Positions 1 to 9,071 of a stretch of DNA of 42,649 nucleotides are shown here, in pieces. A model generated the notes under the pieces. That model saw only the letters and a program-made list of their open reading frames with translations. It did not search any database and was not told where the DNA came from. The first letter of the stretch is position 1; each line of letters starts with the position of its first letter. The position numbers and the translations under genes are program-made. Source of the stretch: an uncultured Candidatus Poseidoniales archaeon (lineage in GTDB: Archaea; Thermoplasmatota; Poseidoniia; Poseidoniales; Thalassarchaeaceae); contig CAYFGC010000002.1 in assembly GCA_964342625.1 (NCBI GenBank), positions 1 through 42,649 of the forward strand, read 5' to 3'.

Positions 1-1061
1 CGAAGGCAACAGAAATGGCAGAAGAATTCCATCAGAACTTCGTATCTTGGGACTTTCACAAGGCTGGCAGGGGCTTGGAGGACTTCGTAGTCAACGACCT
101 CTCGAACTGGTATGTCAGGAGGTCTAGGAGGAGGCTGTGGGAAGAGTCGGACAGCAGTGACAAGAGGGCCTGCCAGCACACTCTCCACGAAGTTCTGCTC
201 ATCGTATGCAGGCTGATGGCACCGATTTCACCCTTCATGCCAGATCAGATCCACAGAGGCCTAACCGGGCACTCGGTCCATTTGGCAGACTGGCCCACGG
301 GATCGGAACTGGTCGACAGAGACCTTCCGGACCGTGATTTTGGAATCGAGCAGGAGATGGCACTCGTCCGATCTTTGGCTGAGGCCGGCAGGAGGATTCG
401 CGTAGAATCCAACAGAAGGCAACGACTCCCATGCCAAACAGGTTGGATTGTGGGGGGGCCCGACATCTCACGATTCAACGACATACTGGCCGAGGAACTC
501 AATGTTGAGGTCCTGACCACTGAGTCCGACCTGGATGCCTTCCAGAAGATAGTTTTGGAGCCAAATAGAAAGGTTCTGGGAGCAAAGTGCCGCTCAGACC
601 TACCTTCCGTCCTAGCCCAGTTGGATTTAGCTAATCCGGAGGAACTCTTGCTTGAGATCGAGGCAGGAATAGCAGCCCTAGGGGGTTATGAGATTACTAT
701 GGACGATATTGAGATTAGAAGGGCGGAGAAAGAAGGATTCGCCGCAAAGACCCTTTCATTCGAGGAGGGAGACGTTTCCATCGTCCTCGATATGCACACA
801 GATTCCAACCTCCTTTCCAAGGGCCTGGCTAGGGACATTACACGCAGAGTCCAAGCCAAGCGCAAGGAAATGGACCTCCAAGTCGAGTCTTCGATCAACC
901 TGTCGGTATGGGTAGAAGGAATGGTGCTGGAGGAGAATGACTGGGAGCACGTAGTAACGGAGACAAGGGCAGGCAAGAATTCCCTTAATGATGGAAAACC
1001 ATCCAGTGCAGCAGATGCCTTCGAGGTCGATGGGACAAAAGTGACATTCGAGATTCAGTAA
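1..1061 (+). CDS. ileS: Isoleucyl-tRNA synthetase, C-terminal part (5' end lies outside the window; reading frame begins at nt 3)
   Basis: Open frame runs from the window edge. 'DLSNWYVRRSRRRLWEE...DKRACQHTLHEVLLIVCRLMAPISPFMPDQI' matches the class Ia IleRS anticodon-binding region (SNWYxRRSRRRFW / LAPxxPF). Stop TAA at 1059-1061. Confidence 0.85.
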   Translation, partial: KATEMAEEFHQNFVSWDFHKAGRGLEDFVVNDLSNWYVRRSRRRLWEESDSSDKRACQHTLHEVLLIVCRLMAPISPFMPDQIHRGLTGHSVHLADWPTGSELVDRDLPDRDFGIEQEMALVRSLAEAGRRIRVESNRRQRLPCQTGWIVGGPDISRFNDILAEELNVEVLTTESDLDAFQKIVLEPNRKVLGAKCRSDLPSVLAQLDLANPEELLLEIEAGIAALGGYEITMDDIEIRRAEKEGFAAKTLSFEEGDVSIVLDMHTDSNLLSKGLARDITRRVQAKRKEMDLQVESSINLSVWVEGMVLEENDWEHVVTETRAGKNSLNDGKPSSAADAFEVDGTKVTFEIQ

Positions 1062-1062
1062 T

Positions 1063-2502
1063 CTAGATTGAGAACAATTGGTATGACTGCGGCAGAAGCA
1101 TCTCTAACCCGAACAGTGGGTCTGGATCAGTTGAATCATGGTAAGCGATGAAAGAACCGCCGTCCGGGAGAATCCCCATACTGGCGAAGTCGAATCTGAT
1201 GTCATTCCCTGCTCCAGATGTTGAGTCAAGATCGCCCTGCCCTAGGTATGTTAGCATGTCAGGCTCCAGACTCTCTGAGAATCCTCGGACATGGTATGCC
1301 ACATCGACGTCTGGACCATCCGCACTCTGGAATCTGACATTAAGAACGAAAAGATCGTGCACACCACTGGAGTGGAACTCCCACTCCTCGATTTCCGTAG
1401 CCCTCTCCGAAATATTGTACGTCCTGTTCTCCCATGTCTCCCCGCCATCCCATGACATCATGTGCATCAGGGATGTCTGCCCTGCAGTGACGCAATGGAG
1501 TGCAGTAGAGGAGTCGAATGAGCAGTACTGGGATGGAAGGGAGGAACCGTTCATGTTCACCCCCGTCCACCAGTTAAGGGAAGTATCCAGGTAGGCATCA
1601 CTGCCATCGATGAAGTAACTCGGGAAATAGAGCCCCCCCGATGGGACAGGGAAGGCTCGCATCTCCTTGTGAGGCTTAGTGAAGTCCCACTCCGGACCCA
1701 GACTCTCGGGATTGAGATCTACTTCCATTACATCGAGGCTTTCGTCCCGGTCCGGGAAACCGAAGTAGTCATAATTCAGGCCATCGGTGGAAATCTGGCC
1801 ACCGACGTTCTGGACCTGATGCCAGAAGTTGGAAATTACCAGGCTAGCCCATGGCCCGTTACCGTACAAACCCCCATTGATGGGGCCTACAACCTCGACC
1901 TGCCAAGAGCGGTCGTAGAATGGCTCCGGGGTCCTGTTGAAGCACCAGCTCCACTCTGCATCCTCAGCATCGTAGAAGAAGGCATAGAACTGATCCGCAC
2001 CACTGGTGCTGGGATAGGGGAACCACCCCATGGAAATTAAGTCCCCGTTTGTCGCTTGCACTATGCTACCCTCTCCCAGGCCCTCTTGCCCGGGGACCGT
2101 GGGCTTAGGCTCCATGCACCCTATCTGGGAGAAAATTGAGGGACGATACTCCTGCCAAGTAAGGCCTCTGTCCTCTGACCATGTGGGATACTCCCCTCCG
2201 AAGTTTAGGATCCAACCTTCTTTGGTTCCTGCTAGGTAGTGCTCACAGCAGTTCCCCCCGTGCTCGTTGCCAAAGACAGTCCACGTGGCATTCCCCCATG
2301 TCTGATTCTCTATCGGATCTGCTACTACGAAATCCCTAGGATCTTCATGCCCAGTGGGATCGATCAGGTAGAAATCGCTATCCCAATCCCACCATTCTTC
2401 GTAACCCCTAGCTTCGTCGATAATGTCAATACAGCCTGGCAAAATGAACATCAACGACATAGCCAAGGAGGCCGTCGAACGCCTAGATGCCAATGAGAGC
2501 AC
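1063..2502 (-). CDS. Secreted BNR/Asp-box repeat protein (sialidase-like beta-propeller) with an RR-containing signal peptide and a lipobox-like LPGC
   Basis: 479-aa ORF with a GTG start. N-terminus is 'MLSLASRRSTASLAMSLMFILPGC'. Two clear Asp-boxes (SxDxGxTW): 'SEDRGLTW' and 'SWDGGETW'. Trp/Gly/Asp-rich, as expected for beta-propellers. Confidence 0.65.
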   Translation of the reverse strand: MLSLASRRSTASLAMSLMFILPGCIDIIDEARGYEEWWDWDSDFYLIDPTGHEDPRDFVVADPIENQTWGNATWTVFGNEHGGNCCEHYLAGTKEGWILNFGGEYPTWSEDRGLTWQEYRPSIFSQIGCMEPKPTVPGQEGLGEGSIVQATNGDLISMGWFPYPSTSGADQFYAFFYDAEDAEWSWCFNRTPEPFYDRSWQVEVVGPINGGLYGNGPWASLVISNFWHQVQNVGGQISTDGLNYDYFGFPDRDESLDVMEVDLNPESLGPEWDFTKPHKEMRAFPVPSGGLYFPSYFIDGSDAYLDTSLNWWTGVNMNGSSLPSQYCSFDSSTALHCVTAGQTSLMHMMSWDGGETWENRTYNISERATEIEEWEFHSSGVHDLFVLNVRFQSADGPDVDVAYHVRGFSESLEPDMLTYLGQGDLDSTSGAGNDIRFDFASMGILPDGGSFIAYHDSTDPDPLFGLEMLLPQSYQLFSI

Positions 2503-2520
2503 GATTTGCGGTAATGGTCG

Positions 2521-2528
2521 TATTATAT
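2521..2528 (-). promoter_or_regulatory. TATA-like box upstream of the BNR-protein gene
   Basis: 'tattatat' lies about 22-26 nt upstream of the start codon at 2502 (minus strand), in a 48-nt intergenic spacer. Confidence 0.35.
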
Positions 2529-2550
2529 CGCACTTTCACAGAATTGATGC

Positions 2551-3984
2551 CTACTCAATCCTCCACTTAGCCCCATCGGGGCCATCTTCGACAACTACTC
2601 CCATCTCTGCCAACTCATCCCTAATTTCATCAGCCCGCACCCAATCCTTCGCGTTCCTTGCACCTTCCCTCTCTCCGAGTAGCTCCTCGACTTTTGGGGC
2701 GACTTCGCCTTTCACGGTCTCATGGCTTTCCATTCTCGCTTGCACCTCCTCATCAGCTGGCAGTAATCCGAGAACCTCGCCAGCAAATTCAGATATCCAT
2801 CCGACTGCTCCTGAGATGCCAGTCGCGTCTCCTCCCGAGTTGAGGAGTCCTCGAAGCCACTTGGCCACCGCTTGAACCTCCACTAGTGCAACTCTGGTGT
2901 TGAAGTCATCACTCATGCCCTCTTCGAGCCTATTGGCTGCATCTACTAGCTCCGGGAAACCACTCCAGTCACCACTGCCGTGTCTGGACAAACCTTCGCC
3001 ATAGCAGCCAAGCAGTCGATTGTGGTGGTTCTCCGAGTCATCAATCATGACTTGGTTGAAGTCCACCGGTTGCCGGTAAGGCGCGTTAATCAGTGTGTAC
3101 CTCAAGACCAGAGGGTCAACACGTTCCAAAGCATCAGAGATTGTCCAGAAATTCCCAAGTGACTTGCTCATCTTTTCCCCATCGATGTTTATCATCCCAT
3201 TGTGAATCCAATACTGGACTACTGGGTCATGGCCTAGGCAACACTCAGACTGGAATATCTCGGCCTCGTGGTGGGGGAAAATTAAGTCAGAACCACCTCC
3301 GTGGATATCGAACCTCTCTCCCAGATGCTTGAGTGACATTGCAGAGCACTCAATGTGCCATCCAGGCCTGCCTTCTCCCCACGGGCTTTCCCAGTACGGC
3401 TCATCCGGCTTAGCCATCTTCCATAGGGCGAAATCCCGATGGTCCCTCTTTCCGGAACCGGTCTTATCCACCCTACCACCGGCCCCGGATCTCACCATCT
3501 CAAGGGTCTGCCCTGTCAATTGCCCGTACTTCTCAGGTGAAGTGTCAATCTCGAAGTAAACCCCGTCATCGGCTTGATATGCATGCCCCTTATCGATAAG
3601 TGTCTCAATCATCTCAATGATTTCCGGAATCGTCTCCGTAACCCTGGGATAAGCATCAGCTCTAATCACGTTAAGGGAATCCATCGACTCGAAATAATCG
3701 GCTATATTCCTGTTTGCCACTTCCAGGAAATCAACTCCTTCCTCATTGGCAGCAGCAATAATCTTGTCATCCACATCTGTGAAGTTAGTGATGTAACTAA
3801 CCTTGAAACCACACTTTCTCAGCCACCTAACAATTATGTCGAAGGAAATTGCCTGCCTAGCATGTCCAATGTGGCTCGGCGAGTAGGGGGTAATTCCACA
3901 TGCGTAGAGGCTGACCTTGCCTTCCTCGAGTGTAACTAGTTCCCTCTTCTTTCGAGAACGAGTGTCGAAAACCCTCACTGCCAC
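2551..3984 (-). CDS. cysS: Cysteinyl-tRNA synthetase
   Basis: HIGH motif 'PSHIGHARQ' and 'KMSKSLGN'. Zn-site context 'YACGITPY', 'HIECSAM' and 'HGGGSDLIFPHHEAE'. 477 aa. Confidence 0.95.
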   Translation of the reverse strand: MAVRVFDTRSRKKRELVTLEEGKVSLYACGITPYSPSHIGHARQAISFDIIVRWLRKCGFKVSYITNFTDVDDKIIAAANEEGVDFLEVANRNIADYFESMDSLNVIRADAYPRVTETIPEIIEMIETLIDKGHAYQADDGVYFEIDTSPEKYGQLTGQTLEMVRSGAGGRVDKTGSGKRDHRDFALWKMAKPDEPYWESPWGEGRPGWHIECSAMSLKHLGERFDIHGGGSDLIFPHHEAEIFQSECCLGHDPVVQYWIHNGMINIDGEKMSKSLGNFWTISDALERVDPLVLRYTLINAPYRQPVDFNQVMIDDSENHHNRLLGCYGEGLSRHGSGDWSGFPELVDAANRLEEGMSDDFNTRVALVEVQAVAKWLRGLLNSGGDATGISGAVGWISEFAGEVLGLLPADEEVQARMESHETVKGEVAPKVEELLGEREGARNAKDWVRADEIRDELAEMGVVVEDGPDGAKWRIE

Positions 3985-4010
3985 TACCTATTGACACGGC
4001 ACTTCGAACA

Positions 4011-4700
4011 TCAACCCCTCGCTGCTTCGATAAGGCCAGAGAACAGTAAGTCATGTCCCTTCCTTTCGGGGTGCCACTGGACTCCAATGCAGAAACTCTT
4101 GTCTTTCCTCTCGACTCCTTCTATCAGGCCATCGTGCTCGGCCCTGGCAGAAATCTCCAGACTTCCAGCATCAGAAACCCCCTGGTGATGTAGTGAGTTG
4201 ACAGTAAAAGAACTCCCCATTAGGTTGGATAGGCGAGTGCCTTCCTCGACAACCACTCCATGCTCGGTAGACTCCCCCGCGAAACCACCGTGCCCTTCGT
4301 GCCCCGGCGTGGTGTCAAGATGCTGGTGCATCTTCCCCCCATGAGCCACACTGAGGATTTGCATCCCTCTGCAGATTCCTAGCAATGGGAGGTCCCTGTT
4401 GAGTGCCTCCTTGATCAGGCCCATTTCGGAAAAATCCTGATCGGGGTAGAATTCCGTTGTCATAGGGCCGGGCTCTTCGCCATAGCTTGCTGGCGAGATG
4501 TCTGGTCCCCCAGCCACGATCAGTCCGTCAATAGCATCCATGAGAACCGTCATGTCCCCAGCTGGCGGGATGATTAGGGGGACTCCTCCTGCTTTGCTGA
4601 CCATTGAGATGTAAGCCGATGGAAGTATTGCGGCGTCCCTTGTCCAATTTCCGTAGGTTGTCTCCCTTACGAAGCAAGTGATTCCTATCACTGGCTTCAT
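4011..4700 (-). CDS. Class-I glutamine amidotransferase / peptidase C26 (gamma-glutamyl-GABA hydrolase-like)
   Basis: 'MKPVIGIT...', nucleophile elbow 'LGICRGMQIL' and 'GVQWHPE'. I use Met39 of the tracked ORF (ATG at 4700) because the longer form to 4814 would overlap the upstream membrane gene that ends at 4709. Confidence 0.85.
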   Translation of the reverse strand: MKPVIGITCFVRETTYGNWTRDAAILPSAYISMVSKAGGVPLIIPPAGDMTVLMDAIDGLIVAGGPDISPASYGEEPGPMTTEFYPDQDFSEMGLIKEALNRDLPLLGICRGMQILSVAHGGKMHQHLDTTPGHEGHGGFAGESTEHGVVVEEGTRLSNLMGSSFTVNSLHHQGVSDAGSLEISARAEHDGLIEGVERKDKSFCIGVQWHPERKGHDLLFSGLIEAARG

Positions 4701-4708
4701 CCAATCAC

Positions 4709-5101
4709 CTATGATTCTCGTTGTAGACGAGCATGTCTGAACGACATTATCCCCACTATTGTGAATGATACTCCCACCTGGAGAAGCAGAAGGTGGGAAC
4801 CAATTGCTAGCCATGACATCCCTCCAAGCACTACTCTTGCCCCACCTAATGCCATGATTAGCGCAACCACCATGCAGGCGTGCATGTAGTGGTGCCTGTT
4901 GGAGGGGTTGCTCTCAGACAGAAAACCCAGTAGAAGCATTGGAAGTCCCATGAAAGCTGGAATCAGTGCAGTAATTGACGGGGGATCCGAGCTTTGGATG
5001 AAGTACGCAATCACCCCCCATGCAGAAAGAACAACGCCATTTAGAATTGCAATTCGGGGGACGGTCATTCCGAGCACTCTGAACTCTTCACTCATGGGCA
5101 T
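4709..5101 (-). CDS. Small integral membrane protein (about 4 TM), unknown function
   Basis: 130-aa ORF with four hydrophobic segments. It packs co-directionally between the Hdr-like gene and the amidotransferase gene. Confidence 0.6.
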   Translation of the reverse strand: MPMSEEFRVLGMTVPRIAILNGVVLSAWGVIAYFIQSSDPPSITALIPAFMGLPMLLLGFLSESNPSNRHHYMHACMVVALIMALGGARVVLGGMSWLAIGSHLLLLQVGVSFTIVGIMSFRHARLQRES

Positions 5102-5157
5102 CGCTAGAAGTAGAGACTAATGATTGTCACGCTCAGAAAATCTGCACCAAGAAACTC

Positions 5158-7158
5158 TCATTTGGTGTTCGCAATATTTCCCTGAATCTCATTGTCCTTG
5201 GCGACGATTTGTTCCCAGAGTATCTCTGCTACGTCCTTGACGTCCATCTCCGCCCCTACTGCATCGAGCCCATCCTTAACCATAATCGAGCAGAATGGGC
5301 AACCCACTGCCACGGTGTCGCATCCAGTTTCTGACAACTCCTTCGCTCGGATCTCATTAACACGCTTGTCCGCTTCCTCCTCCATCCACATCTGGGCTCC
5401 TCCTGCTCCACAACAGAACGAATCACGACCACTCTTCTCGGTCTCAACATCCACTCCTCCGATAACGTCCCTCGGCTCATCGATGATGCCCCCAATCCGA
5501 CCAAGGTAGCAAGGGTCGTGGAAGGTAATACTCTGTCCGTTCCTCTCCACCCTGGGCAATCTCCCCTCTTCCTGTAATTTGGCCAGTATCTCCGAATGAT
5601 GGAAGACCTCTAGCTCATCCCCTCCGTAATCAGCATACTCCTTGCCCAATGTGTGGAAGCAGTGGGGGCACGAGGCGATAATGCGCTTCACACCCAACTC
5701 CTGGAAAGTCATCATGTTAGTCTCCGCGAGCATCTGAAACAGATATTCATTCCCAGCTCTACGTGCTGGATCGCCCGAGCAACCCTCCTGCATACCCAGA
5801 ATTCCGACATCTAGGCCAGCCTCCTTCAGTAGGGATATCGTCGACCTTGCAACCTTCTGGTTTCGCTCATCGAAGCTAGCTGCACAACCAACGAAGTAGA
5901 TGTATTCCGCAGGCTCCCCTATTTTCACATCCAGATCAGCGGCCCAGTCTGCTCTCTCGTGCTCACCATATCCGTATGGGTTTGAGGCTGACTCTATGTT
6001 CCCCATGGCGGTATTGAGTACATCCGGGTACTCCATAGTCTCCATCATTGCATTCCTACGCAGATCAGTTAGCTTGGGCACGTGCTCTATGTAGAGAGGG
6101 CAGACATCGACACAAGCGTTGCATGTAGTGCATGCCCATACAGCCTCTTCGGTAATCCTCTGCATCATCGTCTCTTCTGGGGTTTCGCCAGACAGCAGAA
6201 GTGGCGCGTGTTCATTCGCATAGTCCCTAACGTCATGGATTACCTGCATTGGATTGAGTCCCTTGCCAGATGCATATGCAGGACAAACGTCCTGGCATCT
6301 TGCGCACGAAGTGCATGACCAACCGTCAATTAGCTGCCTCCATGTGAACTGGGTGTAACTGCTCACTCCAAATGAGTCAATGTCCAAGTCCTCTAGGGGA
6401 ACCGCCTTCCCATCATCCCCCAGTGCAAGGGGGCGCATCTTGGCAGCCGGACCGGTGTCGTGAAAGAATACGTTTGGCACTGCCATGACCAAGTGCATGT
6501 GCTTGGAAAGAGGAATTAGGAATAGGAAGACAGAGATTGCCAGCATGTGAAGCCAATAAGAAACCACCACAGTCCCATCTGACAGCCCCAACTCACTGAA
6601 CTGGTGCCCTATAGGTTCCCAGAAGGGACTCGGGTCTTCTTTCGACTCAATCATGAACGAAGTCGTCGTAATGGTGAAAATCAGTAATAAGATTGCATTT
6701 CCTTCTAACTGCGATTTTCCCTTGAGCTTCTCGGGGGTGAAGGCCACACGGCGAACTAATGCCGCAACGCATCCTATGAGTGCCATAGTGTATCCAAGTT
6801 CAACCATCCCATTCCATGGTCCAACTATCAATTCAGGCAGCAACTCGCCAGAGAAGTAATTCGCAGTTGCGAGATCAAGCATATCTGATGCGAGCATCAA
6901 GAAACCCCAGAACATCAGTACATGCATAGTTCCAGCGACTCTGTCCCTGAGAACCTTCTTTTGTCCGAGCCATCCAATGATGAACTCCCTAATTCTAGGG
7001 CCCCAGGAGTCGAATCTGGAGTCCGGTGAACCAATCAGAACCAGTCGCGTAGCTTTCTGTACCTGGTAAGTAAAGAATCCTATGGAAACCGAGGCCATAA
7101 TCAGAAGGATCATCCAACCATCCAAGGGCCCGTAAGTCTGCAGAAGGGGATGTATCAT
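5158..7158 (-). CDS. Membrane-anchored HdrD/GlpC-type Fe-S oxidoreductase: N-terminal multi-TM His-containing (NarI/DsrM-like) domain, 2x[4Fe-4S] ferredoxin motifs and two CCG domains
   Basis: N-terminal about 240 aa has 5-6 TM segments with conserved His ('TMHVLMFWG', 'YWLHMLA', 'SKHMHLV'). Ferredoxin motifs 'CTSCARCQDVCP' and 'CTTCNACVDVCP'. C-terminal Cys-rich CCG motifs ('FVGCAASF', 'CPHC', 'SFCCGAGG', 'GCPFC'). Confidence 0.85.
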   Translation of the reverse strand: MIHPLLQTYGPLDGWMILLIMASVSIGFFTYQVQKATRLVLIGSPDSRFDSWGPRIREFIIGWLGQKKVLRDRVAGTMHVLMFWGFLMLASDMLDLATANYFSGELLPELIVGPWNGMVELGYTMALIGCVAALVRRVAFTPEKLKGKSQLEGNAILLLIFTITTTSFMIESKEDPSPFWEPIGHQFSELGLSDGTVVVSYWLHMLAISVFLFLIPLSKHMHLVMAVPNVFFHDTGPAAKMRPLALGDDGKAVPLEDLDIDSFGVSSYTQFTWRQLIDGWSCTSCARCQDVCPAYASGKGLNPMQVIHDVRDYANEHAPLLLSGETPEETMMQRITEEAVWACTTCNACVDVCPLYIEHVPKLTDLRRNAMMETMEYPDVLNTAMGNIESASNPYGYGEHERADWAADLDVKIGEPAEYIYFVGCAASFDERNQKVARSTISLLKEAGLDVGILGMQEGCSGDPARRAGNEYLFQMLAETNMMTFQELGVKRIIASCPHCFHTLGKEYADYGGDELEVFHHSEILAKLQEEGRLPRVERNGQSITFHDPCYLGRIGGIIDEPRDVIGGVDVETEKSGRDSFCCGAGGAQMWMEEEADKRVNEIRAKELSETGCDTVAVGCPFCSIMVKDGLDAVGAEMDVKDVAEILWEQIVAKDNEIQGNIANTK

Positions 7159-7243
7159 TGGTGCTCACCGGGGTTTACCCGAATCCCGCGCCTACAAACA
7201 AGACCTTGAAACAACCGCTAAACAGGCCAACACTCATGTCCTA

Positions 7244-8233
7244 ATGTGCCAGCCATCAGTCATGCCGAGCGCCTTTGCTCCCGGGAAATGCATTCTCTTC
7301 GGCGAGCATGCAGTGGTATTCGGACATCCGGCTGTGGCAGTAGCGATCGATCAGGGCGTGAGAGTCAGTGTAGAAGAGTCCGATATGTGGAAACTTGAGG
7401 GATCATCATTCGAACCCTCAAGGCACCCTCACATCTCCCACATTATTCGGGACATCTTCCAGTACTCTGGACCCCCTCTTGACATTGACGTGGACAGCTC
7501 GCTATTCTCAGCGGCTGGGATGGGGTCGTCCGCCGCACTATCGAATGCCTTCGGGGCGGCAATGCAAGCCCACCTAGACCCGGGCGCGAAGCTCGATGCT
7601 GTGGAACTGGCTAAAATCGCTCATTCGGCCGAGGCAACGGCTCAGAAGGGAAGGGCAAGCCCGACGGATACAGCAACCAGTGCTATTGGAGGGTGCGTAG
7701 TCGTTTCCGGCTCTGAAGTACCAGGGACAAGGCATGTTTTCGATACTAGTCTGGAAACACCAGAGGGGTCCAGGGAATGGTCGATCAATGCCGTTGACAT
7801 TCCAAAGGGGGTCGAAGATGCATGGCTAGTGATTGGATACACGGGAACCGGCTCCCCAACGGGAAGAATGGTCGCCAAGGTTGCAGAACTAATTTCCGAA
7901 GTTCCCGAAAGGATGGAGGATATGGAATCAATTGCCAACATTACGAGGGCAGGGTTAGCCGCTCTTTCGGCAGGAAACCTAGAGGGTTTGGGAATGGCCA
8001 TGGATGCATGTCACGAAAGCCTAAGAAAACTGGAAGTAAGCAGCGGTAAGCTAGACCAGATGGTCAATGCGGCAAGGCCACACTCACTTGGGGCAAAACT
8101 GACTGGCGCTGGAGGAGGAGGTTGCATGGTGGCCCTCACTCACGAACCAACCAGGGTTTCCGAGGCGATTGAAGTAGCGGGAGGCAGACCTTTGATGACC
8201 AGGCTAGGTGCACAAGGAGTCAGATTCGTATAA
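7244..8233 (+). CDS. mvk: Mevalonate kinase (GHMP kinase)
   Basis: 'APGKCILFGEHAVVFGHPAVAVAI', GHMP motif 'GMGSSAAL' and 'GAKLTGAGGGGCMVAL'. An alternative start at ATG 7262 is possible. Confidence 0.9.
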   Translation: MCQPSVMPSAFAPGKCILFGEHAVVFGHPAVAVAIDQGVRVSVEESDMWKLEGSSFEPSRHPHISHIIRDIFQYSGPPLDIDVDSSLFSAAGMGSSAALSNAFGAAMQAHLDPGAKLDAVELAKIAHSAEATAQKGRASPTDTATSAIGGCVVVSGSEVPGTRHVFDTSLETPEGSREWSINAVDIPKGVEDAWLVIGYTGTGSPTGRMVAKVAELISEVPERMEDMESIANITRAGLAALSAGNLEGLGMAMDACHESLRKLEVSSGKLDQMVNAARPHSLGAKLTGAGGGGCMVALTHEPTRVSEAIEVAGGRPLMTRLGAQGVRFV

Positions 8234-8273
8234 TCTAAGATCTGAATTTGGCCCTATGAAAAACCCCATCTCG

Positions 8274-8291
8274 TTATATTACCATTTATAA
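8274..8291 (+). promoter_or_regulatory. TATA box(es) of the tbp promoter (leaderless-type spacing)
   Basis: 'ttatattaccatttataa' includes TTTATAA at 8285-8291, centred about 26 nt upstream of ATG 8314. Confidence 0.5.
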
Positions 8292-8313
8292 GGGGGCAGA
8301 CGGTCGACAACCT

Positions 8314-9030
8314 ATGCTCAGCGATGAAGAAAGACTCACCGTAGTGAATGTAGTTGCCTCTACCAGAGTAGCGGAGGAACTGGACCTCCCAGACATAGCC
8401 ATCCAGTTGAATTGCGAATACGAACCAGAGCAGTTCCCGGGCGTGGTCTATAGGGTAGTTGAGCCCAAACTGGCCATCCTAATGTTCAGGTCGGGAAGGG
8501 CCGTTTGCACCGGAGGTAAGAACGAGGACAATATCCAGACTGGAATCGAGAGGATGATCGGCGATCTCAGAAACGCAGGCATTGAAACTTGGGACCTGAA
8601 GGACGTCGAGATAGAAGTCCAGAACATGGTCGCAACCTACTCCCTATTCTATCCAGAGGACTATGGGGAAGTCGCTAGAATGGACGATATCAATACCAAG
8701 GTGATTGACGAGGAAGGTGGCGGAATTAGAGCAGCCACTGATGAGGAGGTAGAGAACGAGGACCCACGAATCAGGGGAATCCTGCAGGGAGAGCCACTAG
8801 CAGCCCTCCCTAGGAAACTCAACCTGAACAACCTGACATTCCACCTGCCCTTCGACAAGGTCGAATACGAGCCAGAGCAGTTCCCAGGCCTAATCTACAG
8901 ACTTGACTACCCTCGCGTGGTGTGCCTGATATTCGGTAGCGGCAAGATGGTCATCACAGGTGCTAGGCACAAGGACGAGATTCTCGAGGCAGTCGAGCAG
9001 ATCAAAGACGAGCTAGCAGACTTGCTCTAG
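8314..9030 (+). CDS. tbp: TATA-box binding protein with a roughly 57-aa acidic insertion in the second repeat
   Basis: Two TBP repeats: 'VVNVVAS...CEYEPEQFPGVVYRV..PKLAILMFRSGRAVCTG' and 'EVQNMVAT...VEYEPEQFPGLIYRL..PRVVCLIFGSGKMVITG'. 238 aa, against about 180-190 aa for typical archaeal TBPs. Confidence 0.9.
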   Translation: MLSDEERLTVVNVVASTRVAEELDLPDIAIQLNCEYEPEQFPGVVYRVVEPKLAILMFRSGRAVCTGGKNEDNIQTGIERMIGDLRNAGIETWDLKDVEIEVQNMVATYSLFYPEDYGEVARMDDINTKVIDEEGGGIRAATDEEVENEDPRIRGILQGEPLAALPRKLNLNNLTFHLPFDKVEYEPEQFPGLIYRLDYPRVVCLIFGSGKMVITGARHKDEILEAVEQIKDELADLL

Positions 9031-9071
9031 TCATGAACCAACGTTATTGAGCAGACCGGCATGCGAATGCC

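Noticed and set aside
4701-4814. 38-codon N-terminal extension of the amidotransferase ORF
   Set aside because: It overlaps the upstream membrane-protein gene. 'MKPVIGIT' is the canonical family N-terminus.
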